Below are positions 24,812 to 38,428 of a stretch of 64,000 nucleotides of DNA, piece by piece. The DNA lies in the NCBI GenBank assembly GCA_012295275.1, contig CM022668.1, positions 14,632,001 through 14,696,000 on the forward strand, read 5' to 3'. Below the pieces are notes generated by a model, which saw nothing but the letters and a program-made list of their open reading frames with translations, ran no database searches and was not told the DNA's origin. Made by a program: the position numbers and the translations under genes. The first letter of the stretch is position 1; every line of letters begins with the position of its first letter. This stretch comes from Chrysomallon squamiferum (Eukaryota > Animalia > Mollusca).

Positions 24812-26904
24812 GTTATTTTATAAACTAAGAAACACTGGGATTAACAAACTCAAAATTGGCATTTAAGTTGCAAAGTAAATTCAGAAAGGCTGTCTGAAGA
24901 GGGGTTTCACGAACGCCTGCGCAATAGCTAGAAATATTCCACGCGGGTTTAAACGAGATTTTTGATCGGTGCGCCTTCTTGCGACATGTCCGATGGCCTC
25001 TGCGCAAGACAAAGGATCACTCAGGTATTGGTGATTATGGTTTAAATGTTGTTGTTTCTTATGCAACATACATGTTGACTGATTGAAGATAGATAAACCC
25101 ATTACGTGTTGGATATTTTACTGTGTTATTCTGTGGTGCGAACTTACGCTGAAAAACTCGGATAACGTATGTTAACAACTAAAAGATTATTGAATTCTTG
25201 TTTGTGTTATTGTTCTCTAGTGAATACAGAAAGTATGTTCCCAAAACTGGCAGTCTCCAGATTAGGTAAGCGGTGAGGTGTTCTAATCCGCTTCCAGAAA
25301 TGTGAAAACTGGCGTGAGCAATTAAGGCCAATTTAGACGCATGGGAATAATGAGATGTGTGAAGAACAGATGGGGCGATTAACCTTAATGAGCAGTGAAG
25401 AGCAGAGGTGAGCCGGAATAGAGATTGCAAGAAAATTAATGATTGGAGACATGAAATTAATGTTATATCTGAGTAAAATTTGGAGACAGGAAATACTACC
25501 AGAAGACAAGCACAAGTTCTTCCAGCTGGGATTGGAGCTGGGGTGGAGTGCTTTCTGGGACATTTCGTGTGTAAAGTGTGACTGAATGTGCTTTCAAACT
25601 GTGGTCAAAATACTGTTTAACAAATGTACATCAGTTAAGGTGATGGGCCATCAACTAAGGTGACAGAACACCAATTAGTAAGGGTGAGCAATAAACTGCC
25701 ATAAATGGAACAACTGGTGTGTTCAATTAAGATGTGTTATAATCTCACTGCCAGATTCGGGAATAAACCTTTTCAACATACACGTATATAATAATGTACT
25801 CTTGCTTCTTTATTACAGTAAACTATCTCACTATTTATGTGGAATACCATACAGAATAGTCATTTATGAGTTTACGGTCTCAGATAATTAACACCTTGTC
25901 ACGTGACGCTATTATAGTCTGCCACCCTTTAGACGGGACTTGCCAAATTATAGGTATTAGTACCACTCAGACTAGTCACCGTGTCAGGACGAAAGTTATA
26001 AACCTGGGGTTCTTGTCCGGGATTTTTTAAATGGAAAATAATGTGTAAATATAATGCAGTAAATGGGGGCTTTGAATAAAACTATTTTCTTGCAAATTAG
26101 TAGGAGACAGAGAATATTTAAGTATCAACAATTTATATATAATGAAACGAGTAGTTTTAGTTTATAAAAAAGACAAATACAAATCAGGTGATAATTTTTG
26201 TCATCTAAATGTTGTGAAATATTATTTTAGAATAAATTTAAAACCTAACAAAAACAAAGGAGAAGAAAGAAAACTCCACTAGTAACTTTTTTTATAGCGA
26301 CTTTTATATTACGAAAAAATTATTTTCATTAATTAATTAATTAATTTATTTCTTAATTTCTTCTTTATAGTTTAATTTAATTTGATACGTCTTGTCGAAT
26401 CCTTAAATTATCTTTTTCACACCAAAATAAAATCACAAAACGAATTTCAGTTCAGCCATATGAGGATCATACGTAATTCTCTTAATACGTTTAAGATCAG
26501 AAAAAGCCATCAACATATTATTACTTCTATCGATTAACTGTTTTATTAACTATTATTTTATACTTCTCGGGTCGATTCACTTGTTTTGGACGTAATCTAA
26601 TTAGTCTGCTAATTTCTATTTGTTGTTTTATTATAACCCGGAACAAACGTTTTATGTTATATCAACCTTTGATTTACAATTTTGTTTCTTCAACCATGCA
26701 GACACACACAAACTCATTCGAACACACCAACACATGCATTCATAAACACCAAATAGTGTATAAATAGAACATAATACAGTTTAAATATACAGAAACAAAG
26801 CCCCTTTCTTTCAAAAATCAAGTATTTTAGTTATGTAGAAACGAAATATCTCGGTTTGAAAAATTCATCAATAATTCAGTTACAGAAAAATGAATGGTGC
26901 TTTT

Positions 26905-28075
26905 ACAAGACTCTACAATACTATCTGTACACTATACACTAATACTACTAATCTCTCTCTTTAACTATTCTTACTACTCTCTCTACAATACTATCTCTAC
27001 ACTATACACTAATACTACTAATCACCCTCTTTAACTATTCTTACTACTCTCTATACAGATGATATTACTACTCCCTCTACAACTACAATTACTACTCTCT
27101 CTCTAAAAATAATATTACTCTTCTGTCTACAAGTACTATTACTGCTCTCTATAACTACTATTACTGCTCTCTCTGCCCAACTACCATTACTGGTCTCTCT
27201 GTACAACTATTATTACTGCTCTATCTACAACTACTATAATGCTCCGTCTACAACTACTATTACTGCTCTCTCTGCCCAACTACTATTACTGGTCTCTGTA
27301 CAACTACTATTACTGCTCTCCCTACAACTACTATTACTGCTCTCCCACTACAACTACTATTACTGCTCTCTACAACTACTATTACTGGTCTCTCTCTACA
27401 ACTACTATTACTGCTCTCTACAACTACTATTACTGCTCTCTCACTACAACTACTATTACTGCTCTCTCTACAACTACTATTACTGGTCTCTCACTACAAC
27501 TACTATTACTGGTCTCTCTCTACAACTACTATTACTGCTCTCTCTACAACTATTACTGCTCTCTACAACTACAATTACTGGGCTCTCCGTACAAATACTA
27601 TTACTGGTCTCTCTGTACAACTACTATTACTGGTCTCTCTCTACAACTACTATTACAGGTCTGTCTCTACAACTACTATTACTGGGCTGTCTCTACAACT
27701 ACTATTACTGCTCTCTGCAACTAGTATTCACTGTACATCTACTACTACTACTACTGCCATTATTACTACTGTCTGTCTTGAACTAATACTGCTACTCTGT
27801 CTCTAACTATCATTACAACTCTGTCTACAAATTCCGTCTCTACTCTCACTACGACTATTATTAGTATTCTTTGTCTACAATTACTATTACTACTCTGTAT
27901 AACTGCTATTACTACATTATCTACAACTACTATTGCTACTCTCTATACAATTGTTATTACTGCTCTCTCTAAAAATATTATTACCACCCTCTGTCTCTAA
28001 AAATATTAATACTGTTCTCTGAACAACTTCCATTACCACTCTCAACAGTTTCTATTACAACTGTCTAGAACTACT
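26905..28075. repeat. Degenerate CTA-rich minisatellite (~24-27 bp core ctctctacaactactattactg)
   Basis: Most regular at 27130-27725. Related tracts at 6360-6840, 10190-10670, 23580-24040, 28710-29395, 31740-32297 and 54160-54540. Confidence 0.9.
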
Positions 28076-28076
28076 G

Positions 28077-28706
28077 TTACAACTCACTTTCTTTTTCCGT
28101 TTCTTCCAGTACTTTTTTCTTTTCTTTGTTTTTCTTCTTTAATATTTTTTCTTCACGTCTCCTTACTTCTTTTTTTGCTGCTTCCCTAAATTCTGATTTA
28201 TAATATTTACCACCATGTTCTCGCACATTGACTTTAATCATGTCGATCAGTCGCTTAGCCATTTCTTCTTTCGTTTCCTCGTCTTTTTCGCGATTGTTAA
28301 ACCCGATATATCTTCGTCCACATTTCTCGATTAATTCTTTTAGGTTTTCTGGTGCCTCATCTACAAATTCTTCAAGATCTGTTTCGTCCTCTTCAAGATC
28401 GTCAGTTCGGGTGAACACGAGGGACAGATAATGAAAAAGATTTTCTCCAAATATTTGCTCGTAGTATTGAATTGTTTTTTCATCTTCAGCAGTCAACGTC
28501 TTTGCCTGCAGAGCCATGATGAAAGCATGTGGTCCTGGAGCACTCATACTGATACTCTGCCTAATCTCTTCTTGTGAACGACCGGTGTCGAATGCTCTTG
28601 GTGTATCAACAATGAGAATGTCATGACCAAATCGAGTTTTGCGTTCTGCCTTGCAGGCTGTAGCACCAGCTTTAGTCTGAAAACGTTTCTCTCCTAGGAT
28701 GGTATT
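28077..28706 (-). pseudogene. GIMAP: GIMAP/AIG1 GTPase exon, 5'-truncated (no acceptor, no P-loop), rest open
   Basis: Homology starts at NTILGEKRF and continues through DTPR, SAPGPHAF, FTRTD and CGRRYIGFNN. Upstream is minisatellite instead of GxxxxGKS. Confidence 0.88.
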
Positions 28707-29395
28707 CTCTCTACAACTCTCTACAACTACTTTCACTAGACTTTCACAATAAATCAGTTACAGTGAAATGAATGCTACTTTTACTACTCTCTAAAACTAC
28801 TTTCACTAGACTATACAACTAATATTAGTACTCTCTACAACTCTCTACAACTACTTTCACCAGACTATACAACTAATATTAGTACTCTCTACAACTCTCT
28901 ACAACTACTTTCATTAGACTATACAACTAATATTAGTACTCTACAACTCTCTACAACTACTTTCACTACACTATACAACTAATATTACCGCTCTCTAAAC
29001 TATTCTTACTACACTTTGTCTCTAAAAATATTATTACTCCTCTCTCCACAACTACTATTACCACTCTCTCTACACTACCATTACTACTCTCTCCACAACT
29101 ACTACTACTACTACTATATCTAAACTATTATTACTATTCTCTCTAAAACTACTACAACTTCTCCGTATACCGCTACTACTCTCTGTACAACTGATGTCAC
29201 TAATCTCTCTACTACTGCTGTTACTACTCTCTCTCTTCGGCTACTATTACTGTATTCTCTACATACACTGTTACTACTATCTCTTCACTATACAACTACT
29301 ATTACTACTGTCTCTAAAAAATATTCTTACTGTTCTCTGAACCAATGCTATTACCACTCTACAGTCTCTATTACTACTGACTAGAACTCCTATTA

Positions 29396-30057
29396 TTACT
29401 CACCTTCTTTTCCCACGTCTTCACTTTTCCACACTTCTTCTTCTGCTGCTTCCGTTAATTCTGCTTGATAATATTCACCGCCATGTTCTCGCACATTGGA
29501 TTTTATCATGTCGATCAGCTGCTGACCCAATTTTTCTTTCTTTTTCTCGTCTCTTTCGCGATTGTTAAATCCGACATATCTTCTTCCACATTTGTTGATT
29601 AATTCTTTTAGGCTTTCTGGTGCCTCATCTACAAATTCTTCAAGATCTGTTCCGTCCTCTTCAAGATCGTCAATTCTGGTGAACAGGAGACACATGTAAT
29701 CAAACATTGTTTCTCCAAATACTTGCTCGTAGTATTGGATTGTTTTTTCATCTTCTGGTGTGAAACTCTTTGTCTGCAGAGCCATGATGAAAGCATGTGG
29801 TCCTGGATCACTCATCGTGATACTCTGCATGATTTCTTTCGTAATCTCTTCTTGTGAACGACCGGTGTCGAATGCTCTTGGTGTATCAACGATGAGAATG
29901 TCGTGACCGAATCTAGTTGTTCGTTCTGCCTGGCAGGTTGTAGCACCAGCTTCAGTCTGAAAACGTTTCTCTCCTAGGATGGTATTAGCGGACGCACTTT
30001 TTCCTGAAGCAGTCATCCCAATCATAACAATGCGCAGTTCACTTTCACTGTCGGAAT
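29396..30057 (-). CDS. GIMAP: GIMAP/AIG1-family GTPase terminal exon (short-tailed, acidic, DTPR variant)
   Basis: Acceptor ctgtttcAG|ATTCCGAC (phase 1). Motifs ELRIVMIGMTASGKS, NTILG, DTPR, PGPHAF, FTRID and CGRRYVGFNN. Open to TAA. Confidence 0.92.
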
Positions 30058-32297
30058 CTGAAACAGATTAAATACACTCTGTGTAGAAACGAAGTCATTA
30101 TTTTGATATTTTCACTGTTGTTAATATTATTACTATCAACATCATTGTGATCTGTCTACCTAAATATCCGCCTGTCTGTCTATGTGTATCTATTAATATA
30201 TCCAGTCTGTAATGATTGTTTGTCCACAGAAAGCATTTTCTTTCGATCATCCTCTTTTACATAATGAAGATGAGATTCCAGAGTAATTTTATTCCATAAC
30301 TAAAGAAATATAATATTAAATCATGAATTCTGTCATTTGAGATATGATTTTCCAAGAAATTTCAAAACTAAAAACGAAGAAAAGAAACTCCACTAGAAAC
30401 CTATTAAATTTTATTAAGTACACAAGATTTTGATCATGTTAAAATATATTTTATTGGTTTTTGTTATTGATTTATTTCTCTATGTATCTATTATATTTAT
30501 TTATTTATTTATTAAAATTTAATAATATTTATAACGTCTTACACGAAGCGATATTTCGTGTTTTTGCCAAGTTAATAAAATTCCAAAACTGAAGTCGGTT
30601 ATGACTGTTCACAGCACAGTTAGTTTGTGATAGCCGCTTGACTACAAATACTGCATAGTACTTTCTGTTGCTGTATACAAGAGTTAACTAAAAATCTGTG
30701 CTCCTGAGGAAAACGTATATTCCCGAACGAAGCTTGCAACGATCGATCTCCTTCATGTACTCATTCAGTCTAGTTTCCCGATATTTGGATTTACAAAATG
30801 TGTATTGTTTTTAAATTGTGTTTAATGTAAGCTATTTGTATGTGTCTCTTGAACAGTATATATGTGTGTGAATGTATAGTATTATGTATGTCTATCTACA
30901 CTTCATGTTTAAAGTAAGTTATTGATATATGTCTCTATGTATACAATATGCATATGCATGGATACATTTTATATTAAAGTTTCGATTTCGCGTTCTGAAC
31001 TGAAGAAATATTTGTATTTTCTTTATGTTGAAAACGTTATTGAAGAATGGTTAAAACAAGCATTATTTAGGGTAGATAACAGATAATTAATAGTTTTTCT
31101 AGTACCTGCTCTCAGTAATAAACTTTTTCAGATTACAAAGAAATGAAAAGAAATGTCATGAAATAAAATAAAATAAAATAAAATAAAATAAATAACTAAA
31201 TACATAGCTAACGAACTAAGTAAAACACCTCCTGGCTCCCTGCTCTTGGTCTATCCCTAGGCTTCACCTAGTCAGTCTTAGGGATGATGTCACTTTCGTA
31301 ACATAGCTTTGATCCTAATGAAAAATATATTTATTGTTGAGGGGAAATCTATTTCTCCGATAATAGCAATTTACCATCGACATATAATTTCCTCTACCGT
31401 TTAATTGTTTTATTAACTATTTCTTTTTACTTCTCGGGTCGATTCACTTTTTTTGTACGTAAATTTCTATTTGCTGTTTTATGATAACACGGAAGAAACG
31501 TTTTATGTTTTTTCCAGCTTCAGATGCAGGAGATACAAACACATACGGACATACACAGGCAAACACCAGATTCATACAAACTACATACAGTATACATAAA
31601 ATACAACACAGATTAAATATACGCAAACAAACGCCCTTTTGTTTCAAATATCAATCACTATTTTAGTTACGTAGAAAAGAACTTTGTCAGCTTGAAATAG
31701 CATCAATAAATCAGTTACAGTGAAATGAATGCTACTTTTACTACTCTCTAAAACTACTTTCACTAGACTATACAACTAATATTACTACTCTCTACAACTC
31801 TCTACAACTACTTTCATTAGACTATACAACTAATATTAGTACTCTCTACAACTCTCTACAACTACTTTCACTACACTATACAACTAATATTACCGCTCTC
31901 TAAACTATTCTTACTACACTTTGTCTCTAAAAATATTATTACTCCTCTCTCCACAACTACTATTACTACTCTGTCTACACTACCATTACTACTGTCTCCA
32001 CAACAACTACTACTACTATATCTAAACTATTATTACTATTCTCTCTAAAACTACTACAACTTCTCCGTATACCGCTACTACTCTCTGTACAACTGATGTC
32101 ACTAATCTCTCTACTACTGCTGTTACTACTCTCTCTCTTCGGCTACTATTACTGTATTCTCTACATACACTGTTACTACTATCTCTTCACTATACAACTA
32201 CTATTACTACTGTCTCTAAAAAATATTCTTACTGTTCTCTGAACCAATGCTATTACCACTCTACAGTCTCTATTACTACTGACTAGAACTCCTATTA

Positions 32298-32962
32298 TTA
32301 CTCACCTTCTTTTCCCACGTCTTCACTTTTCCACACTTCTTCTTCTGCTGCTTCCGTTAATTCTGCTTGATAATATTCACCGCCATGTTCTCGCACATTG
32401 GATTTTATCATGTCGATCAGCTGCTGACCCAATTTTTCTTTCTTTTTCTCGTCTCTTTCGCGATTGTTAAATCCGACATATCTTCTTCCACATTTGTTGA
32501 TTAATTCTTTTAGGCTTTCTGGTGCCTCATCTACAAATTCTTCAAGATCTGTTCCGTCCTCTTCAAGATCGTCAATTCTGGTGAACAGGAGACACATGTA
32601 ATCAAACATTGTTTCTCCAAATACTTGCTCGTAGTATTGGATTGTTTTTTCATCTTCTGGTGTGAAACTCTTTGTCTGCAGAGCCATGATGAAAGCATGT
32701 GGTCCTGGATCACTCATCGTGATACTCTGCATGATTTCTTTCGTAATCTCTTCTTGTGAACGACCGGTGTCGAATGCTCTTGGTGTATCAACGATGAGAA
32801 TGTCGTGACCGAATCTAGTTGTTCGTTCTGCCTGGCAGGTTGTAGCACCAGCTTCAGTCTGAAAACGTTTCTCTCCTAGGATGGTATTAGCGGACGCACT
32901 TTTTTTTCCTGAAGCAGTCATCCCAATCATAACAATGCGCAGTTCACTTTCACTGTCGGAAT
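32298..32962 (-). CDS. GIMAP: GIMAP/AIG1-family GTPase terminal exon, duplicate of 29396-30057 with an extra Lys in the P-loop
   Basis: Protein identical except GKKS (A-run of 8 versus 5). Same phase-1 acceptor. Confidence 0.9.
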
Positions 32963-35838
32963 CTGAAACAGATTAAATACACTCTGTGTAGAAACGAAGT
33001 CATTATTTTGATATTTTCACTGTTGTTAATATTATTACTATCAACATCATTGTGATCTGTCTACCTAAATATCCGCCTGTCTGTCTATGTGTATCTATTA
33101 ATATATCCAGTCTGTAATGATTGTTTGTCCACAGAAAGCATTTTCTTTCGATCATCCTCTTTTACATAATGAAGATGAGATTCCAGAGTAATTTTATTCC
33201 ATAACTAAAGAAATATAATATTAAATCATGAATTCTGTCATTTGAGATATGATTTTCCAAGAAATTTCAAAACTAAAAACGAAGAAAAGAAACTCCACTA
33301 GAAACCTATTAAATTTTATTAAGTACACAAGATTTTGATCATGTTAAAATATATTTTATTGGTTTTTGTTATTGATTTATTTCTCTATGTATCTATTATA
33401 TTTATTTATTTATTTATTTATTAAAATTTAATAATATTTATAACGTCTTACACGAAGCGATATTTCGTGTTTTTGCCAAGTTAATAAAATTCCAAAACTG
33501 AAGTCGGTTATGACTGTTCACAGCACAGTTAGTTTGTGAGAGCCGCTTGACTACAAATACTGCATAGTACTTTCTGTTGCTGTATACAAGAGTTAACTAA
33601 AAATCTGTGTTCCTGAGGAAAACGTATATTCCCGAACGAAGCTTGCAACGATCGATCTCCTTCATGTACTCATTCAGTCTAGTTTCCCGATATTTGGATC
33701 AACAAAATGTGTATTGTTTTTAAATTGTGTTTAATGTAAGCTATTTGTATGTGTCTCTTGAACAGTATATATGTGTGTGAATGTATAGTATTATGTATGT
33801 CTATCTACACTTCATGTTTAAAGTAAGTTATTGATATATGTCTCTATGTATATAATATGCATATGCATGGATACATTTTATATTAAAGTTTTGATTTCGC
33901 GTTCTGAACTGAAGAAATATTTGTATTTTCTTTATGTTGAAAACGTTATTGAAGAATGGTTAAAACAAGCATTATTTAGGGTAGATAACAGATAATTAAT
34001 AGTTTTTCGAGTTTCTGCTTTTAATAAAAAAAATTCAGATTACAAAAAAATGAAATGAAATAAAATAATATAAAATAAAATAAATAAGTAAAATAAATAA
34101 AATAAAATAAATAAATAAATAATTAATTAAAAATAAACGAACATACAAATGAATGAATGAATAACTAAATAAGCAAATTAACAAACAAAGAAATAAAGAT
34201 TCAGGAAAGAAACATACAAACAAATTATCAAACATACAAACTATTATACAGACGTATAAATAAATATATTAGTATATAAATAAACAAATAAACAAACAAA
34301 AAACAAACATACAAACAATTAAAGATAGAAATAATTGAAACCAGATTTAATTGAAGTAAGAGTCATGCAATCTCTTGAAAGTTAGGTAAAATCATTATAA
34401 CACGTCATTATCAGTAGAAACTTGTTTCGCTTGAGAACTACAAGAACAACTTCGTCCTTTCATTTTGTTATATGAGCGATTTAGTAATTCTGAATATATA
34501 TTCAAAAATAGAAAATAGTTACATGCTGCTGCTTAATTTTTGTTTGAGAAACTTAATAGTTAATACTGATGTATCAAACTGTTAAACATATGAATGCTAA
34601 CCTTTTTATAGTAATATAAAATAAAATAAATAAATTACAAAAATGTTTAAAAAGTAATTAATAAAAATAAATTAATATACAAATAAAAAATAATAAAATA
34701 AGTTAAAGTAAAATGAAATAAAATAGAATAAAATAAAGTAACATAAAATAAAAATAAAATAACTAAAACAGTCGGTATGCCAAGCTAGTGAAAATGACAA
34801 AGACAAACTCGCCTTATTTGACTGTCACATTAAACTGTTAAACATATCAATGCAAAAATAATTTATAATAAATAAATAAATAACAAAAATAATTAAATAG
34901 TAATTAATGAAAATAAATAAATATATTCGTAGAAAATGATAAAATAAAGGAAAATGAAGTAAAAATAAATTAAAATAAAATAAAATAAAGTAACATTAAA
35001 TAAGATAAGTTAACTAAGACTGTCGACATGCCAAACTTGTGAAAAATACAAGAACAAACTCGTGTTTATGTTTGACTGTCACAAAAGGCCTGACTGAAGA
35101 TACAGCGTGTGTAAGTGAAGTGAATATTAGTTTAGCTCTTTATAAATGCTCTGCTATGTGACATTTGATAACCTGTCCTCACGCAAATATCTGTTTATCT
35201 AAAATATTATTCTATCAATATAAATTACTAATTACTTTTTTATTAATTAATTAACAGGACTGTTCACCAGAGAACTGGTTTTTGATAAACGACTGACGAC
35301 AAACACAGAACAGTACACGTTGTTGCTTTATCTAAGGGTTGGCAAAGCAGCTCTGTTCCCGAGGAAAACGTATTTACTCGAAAATAGGTAGCTATGATAT
35401 ACCCACTTTGGCACATCGGTTAACAAGTTTTATTGACTATCTGATCATGTATAATGTTTAAAGAAAATAACAACGAGCAAACTGAGTGTGACATAACAGA
35501 TATTAATACTTTGAATTCATGTGTACATTACAGGTTCTAAACTAAACTTATGATGTAATAAACATGTTATTTTATCAAAGCAGTATTAGATCTGTATGTT
35601 TCTTCAGACATGCATACAAACAGACAAGCATGCACACAAACCATATGTAGTATAAAATACAACGCATTTAACATGGACTTTTTGCAATGGCTGAACTCCC
35701 TCTGTTTCAAAAATACAAAAGTACAAGATTGTTAGATGTCACTGCATTGTTTGTATTTGAACAAATATATTACTTGAAATTGTTGTATTAAACTATTAAA
35801 CATAGCAGCACACATACACAGTCAGAGACACGCACACA

Positions 35839-35892
<54 letters not shown>

Positions 35893-37728
35893 GAAATAAA
35901 TAAAAATAGTAAAAAAAGGTTTTAATTGAAAATGACAGTCATGCAAATTTGTTGAAAATAAGGTCAAAACATTATCAAACGTCATTATCAATAGAAACTT
36001 GTTTCAGTTGAGGACTACAAGAACAAACTCGTCATTTATTTTTGTTTTATGAGCGATGACTCAAAATACAGTGTACAGAAGTTGAATTAAGACATTAATT
36101 AGTTCTTTATAAACCTCTCTTATATGTGAAATTTGATACGTGTCAACATGTAAAGATCTGTTTATGTAATATATTATTCTGTAAATATAATTTACTTATT
36201 GCTGTTTTGTAAAAGGTTTGGTTAGACAGTCCATTTATTTATAATGAAACGACTTCCTGAAGTAATTGTAACTTATAACAAAGAAGAAATAAAATTTAAG
36301 AGATAATTTTTGTCATTTAAGTGTTTGGCAAGACAATCCATTTATTTATAATGAAACGAGATCCTAGAGTAATTTTAATTTATAACAAAAGACAAATAAA
36401 CTTTAAGAGATAATTTTGTCATTTAAGTGTTGTGAAATATTTCATTATGAGATACTGTCATAGAATAAAGGGAAAACCTAACAGAAACAAAGGAGAAGAA
36501 CTGAAACTCCACTAGTAACTTTCTGTATCGACTTCAAGTATTTTTTTGATTATGTAAAACATTTCCATTAATTAATTAGTTTGTTAATTTCTTAATTTAT
36601 TATTTACAATTAAATTAAATTTAAAGCGTCTTTTCTAATCAATATATTATCTTTTTCCCAGCGTAAAAAAATCACATAAGGAACTTGAATTCAGAAGAAA
36701 CTGAGTTTATCATGTCTCCTTGACGCCAAATACAACACACTAATCGTTGTTGTTTAGTATAATGACAGGCAAGTCACATCTGTTCAAGAGGTCACAGTAT
36801 TTCTCCGAAACAGCGTGTTAGTACTCAGAATATGACAAAGAAGGGGTATTGTGTGTGTTTGTTTGTTATGTTTGTGTCTGTGTGTGTTTGTGTGTGTGTA
36901 TGTGTATGTTTGTGTGTGTGTGTGTGTGTGTACAAAAACCGCAGAAATACATTTTAAAGCTTTAAAAACTGCTAGCTGTGATTTGGTTCACGCGTGGCAC
37001 ACATCTGTTAAAGAGGCTGACTGACAATACACAGAGTATAAGTTTAATTCATTATAAATGCATTTATATGTAACATTTGATAACGTATCCGCATGCGAAG
37101 ACCTGTTTATTTTATATATTATTTTGTGCATATATCTTACTCATAAAACGTTTGCCAAAACAGTTCTGTTCCTGAAGAAAAAATTTATTTCTCCGAAAAC
37201 TCCTTTTTAGGGACAAAGTCGTAGAGTTTATATTTTCTATCAGGACAAAGCAAGTACAAAATAGAAAGGAAAAAAATATACCTCTATTTCTCTGTCTGCC
37301 CATCTATCTATCTGAAAAATTCTACATCCACATAGATTTTTAAATGTGTGTGTCCGGAAAAGTCGTTTCTATTCTTGAATCACATGCTAGATTTTAATTA
37401 ACAACGAAAGACAAATAATATTTAAGTAATAAATTTTGTCATTTAAGTGTCGTGAAATGTTTATTTATTAGCTTTCTATCAAAATAAACTTCAAAATTAA
37501 GAAAGAAGAAAAAACTCAACTAATATATTTTTATGAGTTTCAAGTATTCATTTATGGCAAATTACTTTTCTTTTTTATTAATTATTTAGTTTATTTATTA
37601 CAGTTAATTAAACATAAAACCTTTTATTCGAAGCCATATTTTGTATTTTCCCCAAGTTAACAAAATCTCAAAACTGATGACAAATGCATCACAGTACTCG
37701 TTGTTGCTTCATATGTGTTAGCAAGATG

Positions 37729-38428
37729 CAAGTGCCGTCATAATACAGGGCAGGGTCTTTAGCCTTCGAGTTTCTTTGCGCACCCCGACATCCCAAAACA
37801 GCCACAACGCCCTACTTTCGTACAGTTTATCAAAACAACGGTACTGTTCTGTAAATGTAAATACAGAAATGCCTACATAGGTATCTAGGTACTCAGAAAA
37901 AGAAAAAAACAAACAAACAAACAAAAAAAAACAACAAGAAAAACAATTCTCGTTAAACTTTCAACAATCTGGTACAGGATGTGGTTAACATTTAATAATC
38001 GGAGCACTGATGATTCTAAATGGATAAGTGGCAAATTACAGAGTTCATCGCCTTTCACAGTGGATCACGAGAAGTGACAAGTAAATGCATTACAAATGTA
38101 AATGTTTGGAAAAAGTTTCTTCGTTTAATTTTTAACAATTTGGACTGACAGAAAAAATTAAAATTGAGAAGTGACCCTCAGCCGTTCTGCCGATAGTTGT
38201 GTCAAACTTTCATATAAACTGACCCATAATTTATTTTTATACAGTTTAAAGTTTTCTTTGGGTGTCGCTGTCAAAGAGGATTCCGATAAATTAATTTCAG
38301 TGACATGCATGGTATTAACGTTTCACACTCAAAGAAAAATATGATAATGAAAAAGGACTGCACGGCTCCCTGCCCTTGGTCCGGCCCTAGACTTCAGCCT
38401 ACTCAGTCTTAGTGATAATGTGGCGCTA
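37729..38428 (-). mobile_element. Non-autonomous hAT element (both degenerate TIRs)
   Basis: Left end caagtgccgtcataat, right end gataatgtggcgcta. Internal ETFPN and dimerisation-domain remnant. Confidence 0.7.

Larger units (their letters stand above)
28747..34045. repeat. Recent tandem duplication (~2.35 kb near-identical blocks 28747-31140 and 31704-34045), each holding a GIMAP exon
   Basis: Offset 2902-2905 across the exons. The sequences are almost base-identical, including the intron. Confidence 0.95.

Noticed and set aside
25895-26025. Possible SINE core-domain fragment (ccctttagacgggac...gttataaacctggggttc)
   Set aside because: The resemblance is from memory only, with no A/B boxes, tail or TSD identifiable.
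27239-27724. 161-aa YNYYYC/TTTIT-rich ORF and similar ORFs at 10458, 23558 and 54136
   Set aside because: They are products of the CTA-rich minisatellite, with no splice or domain support.
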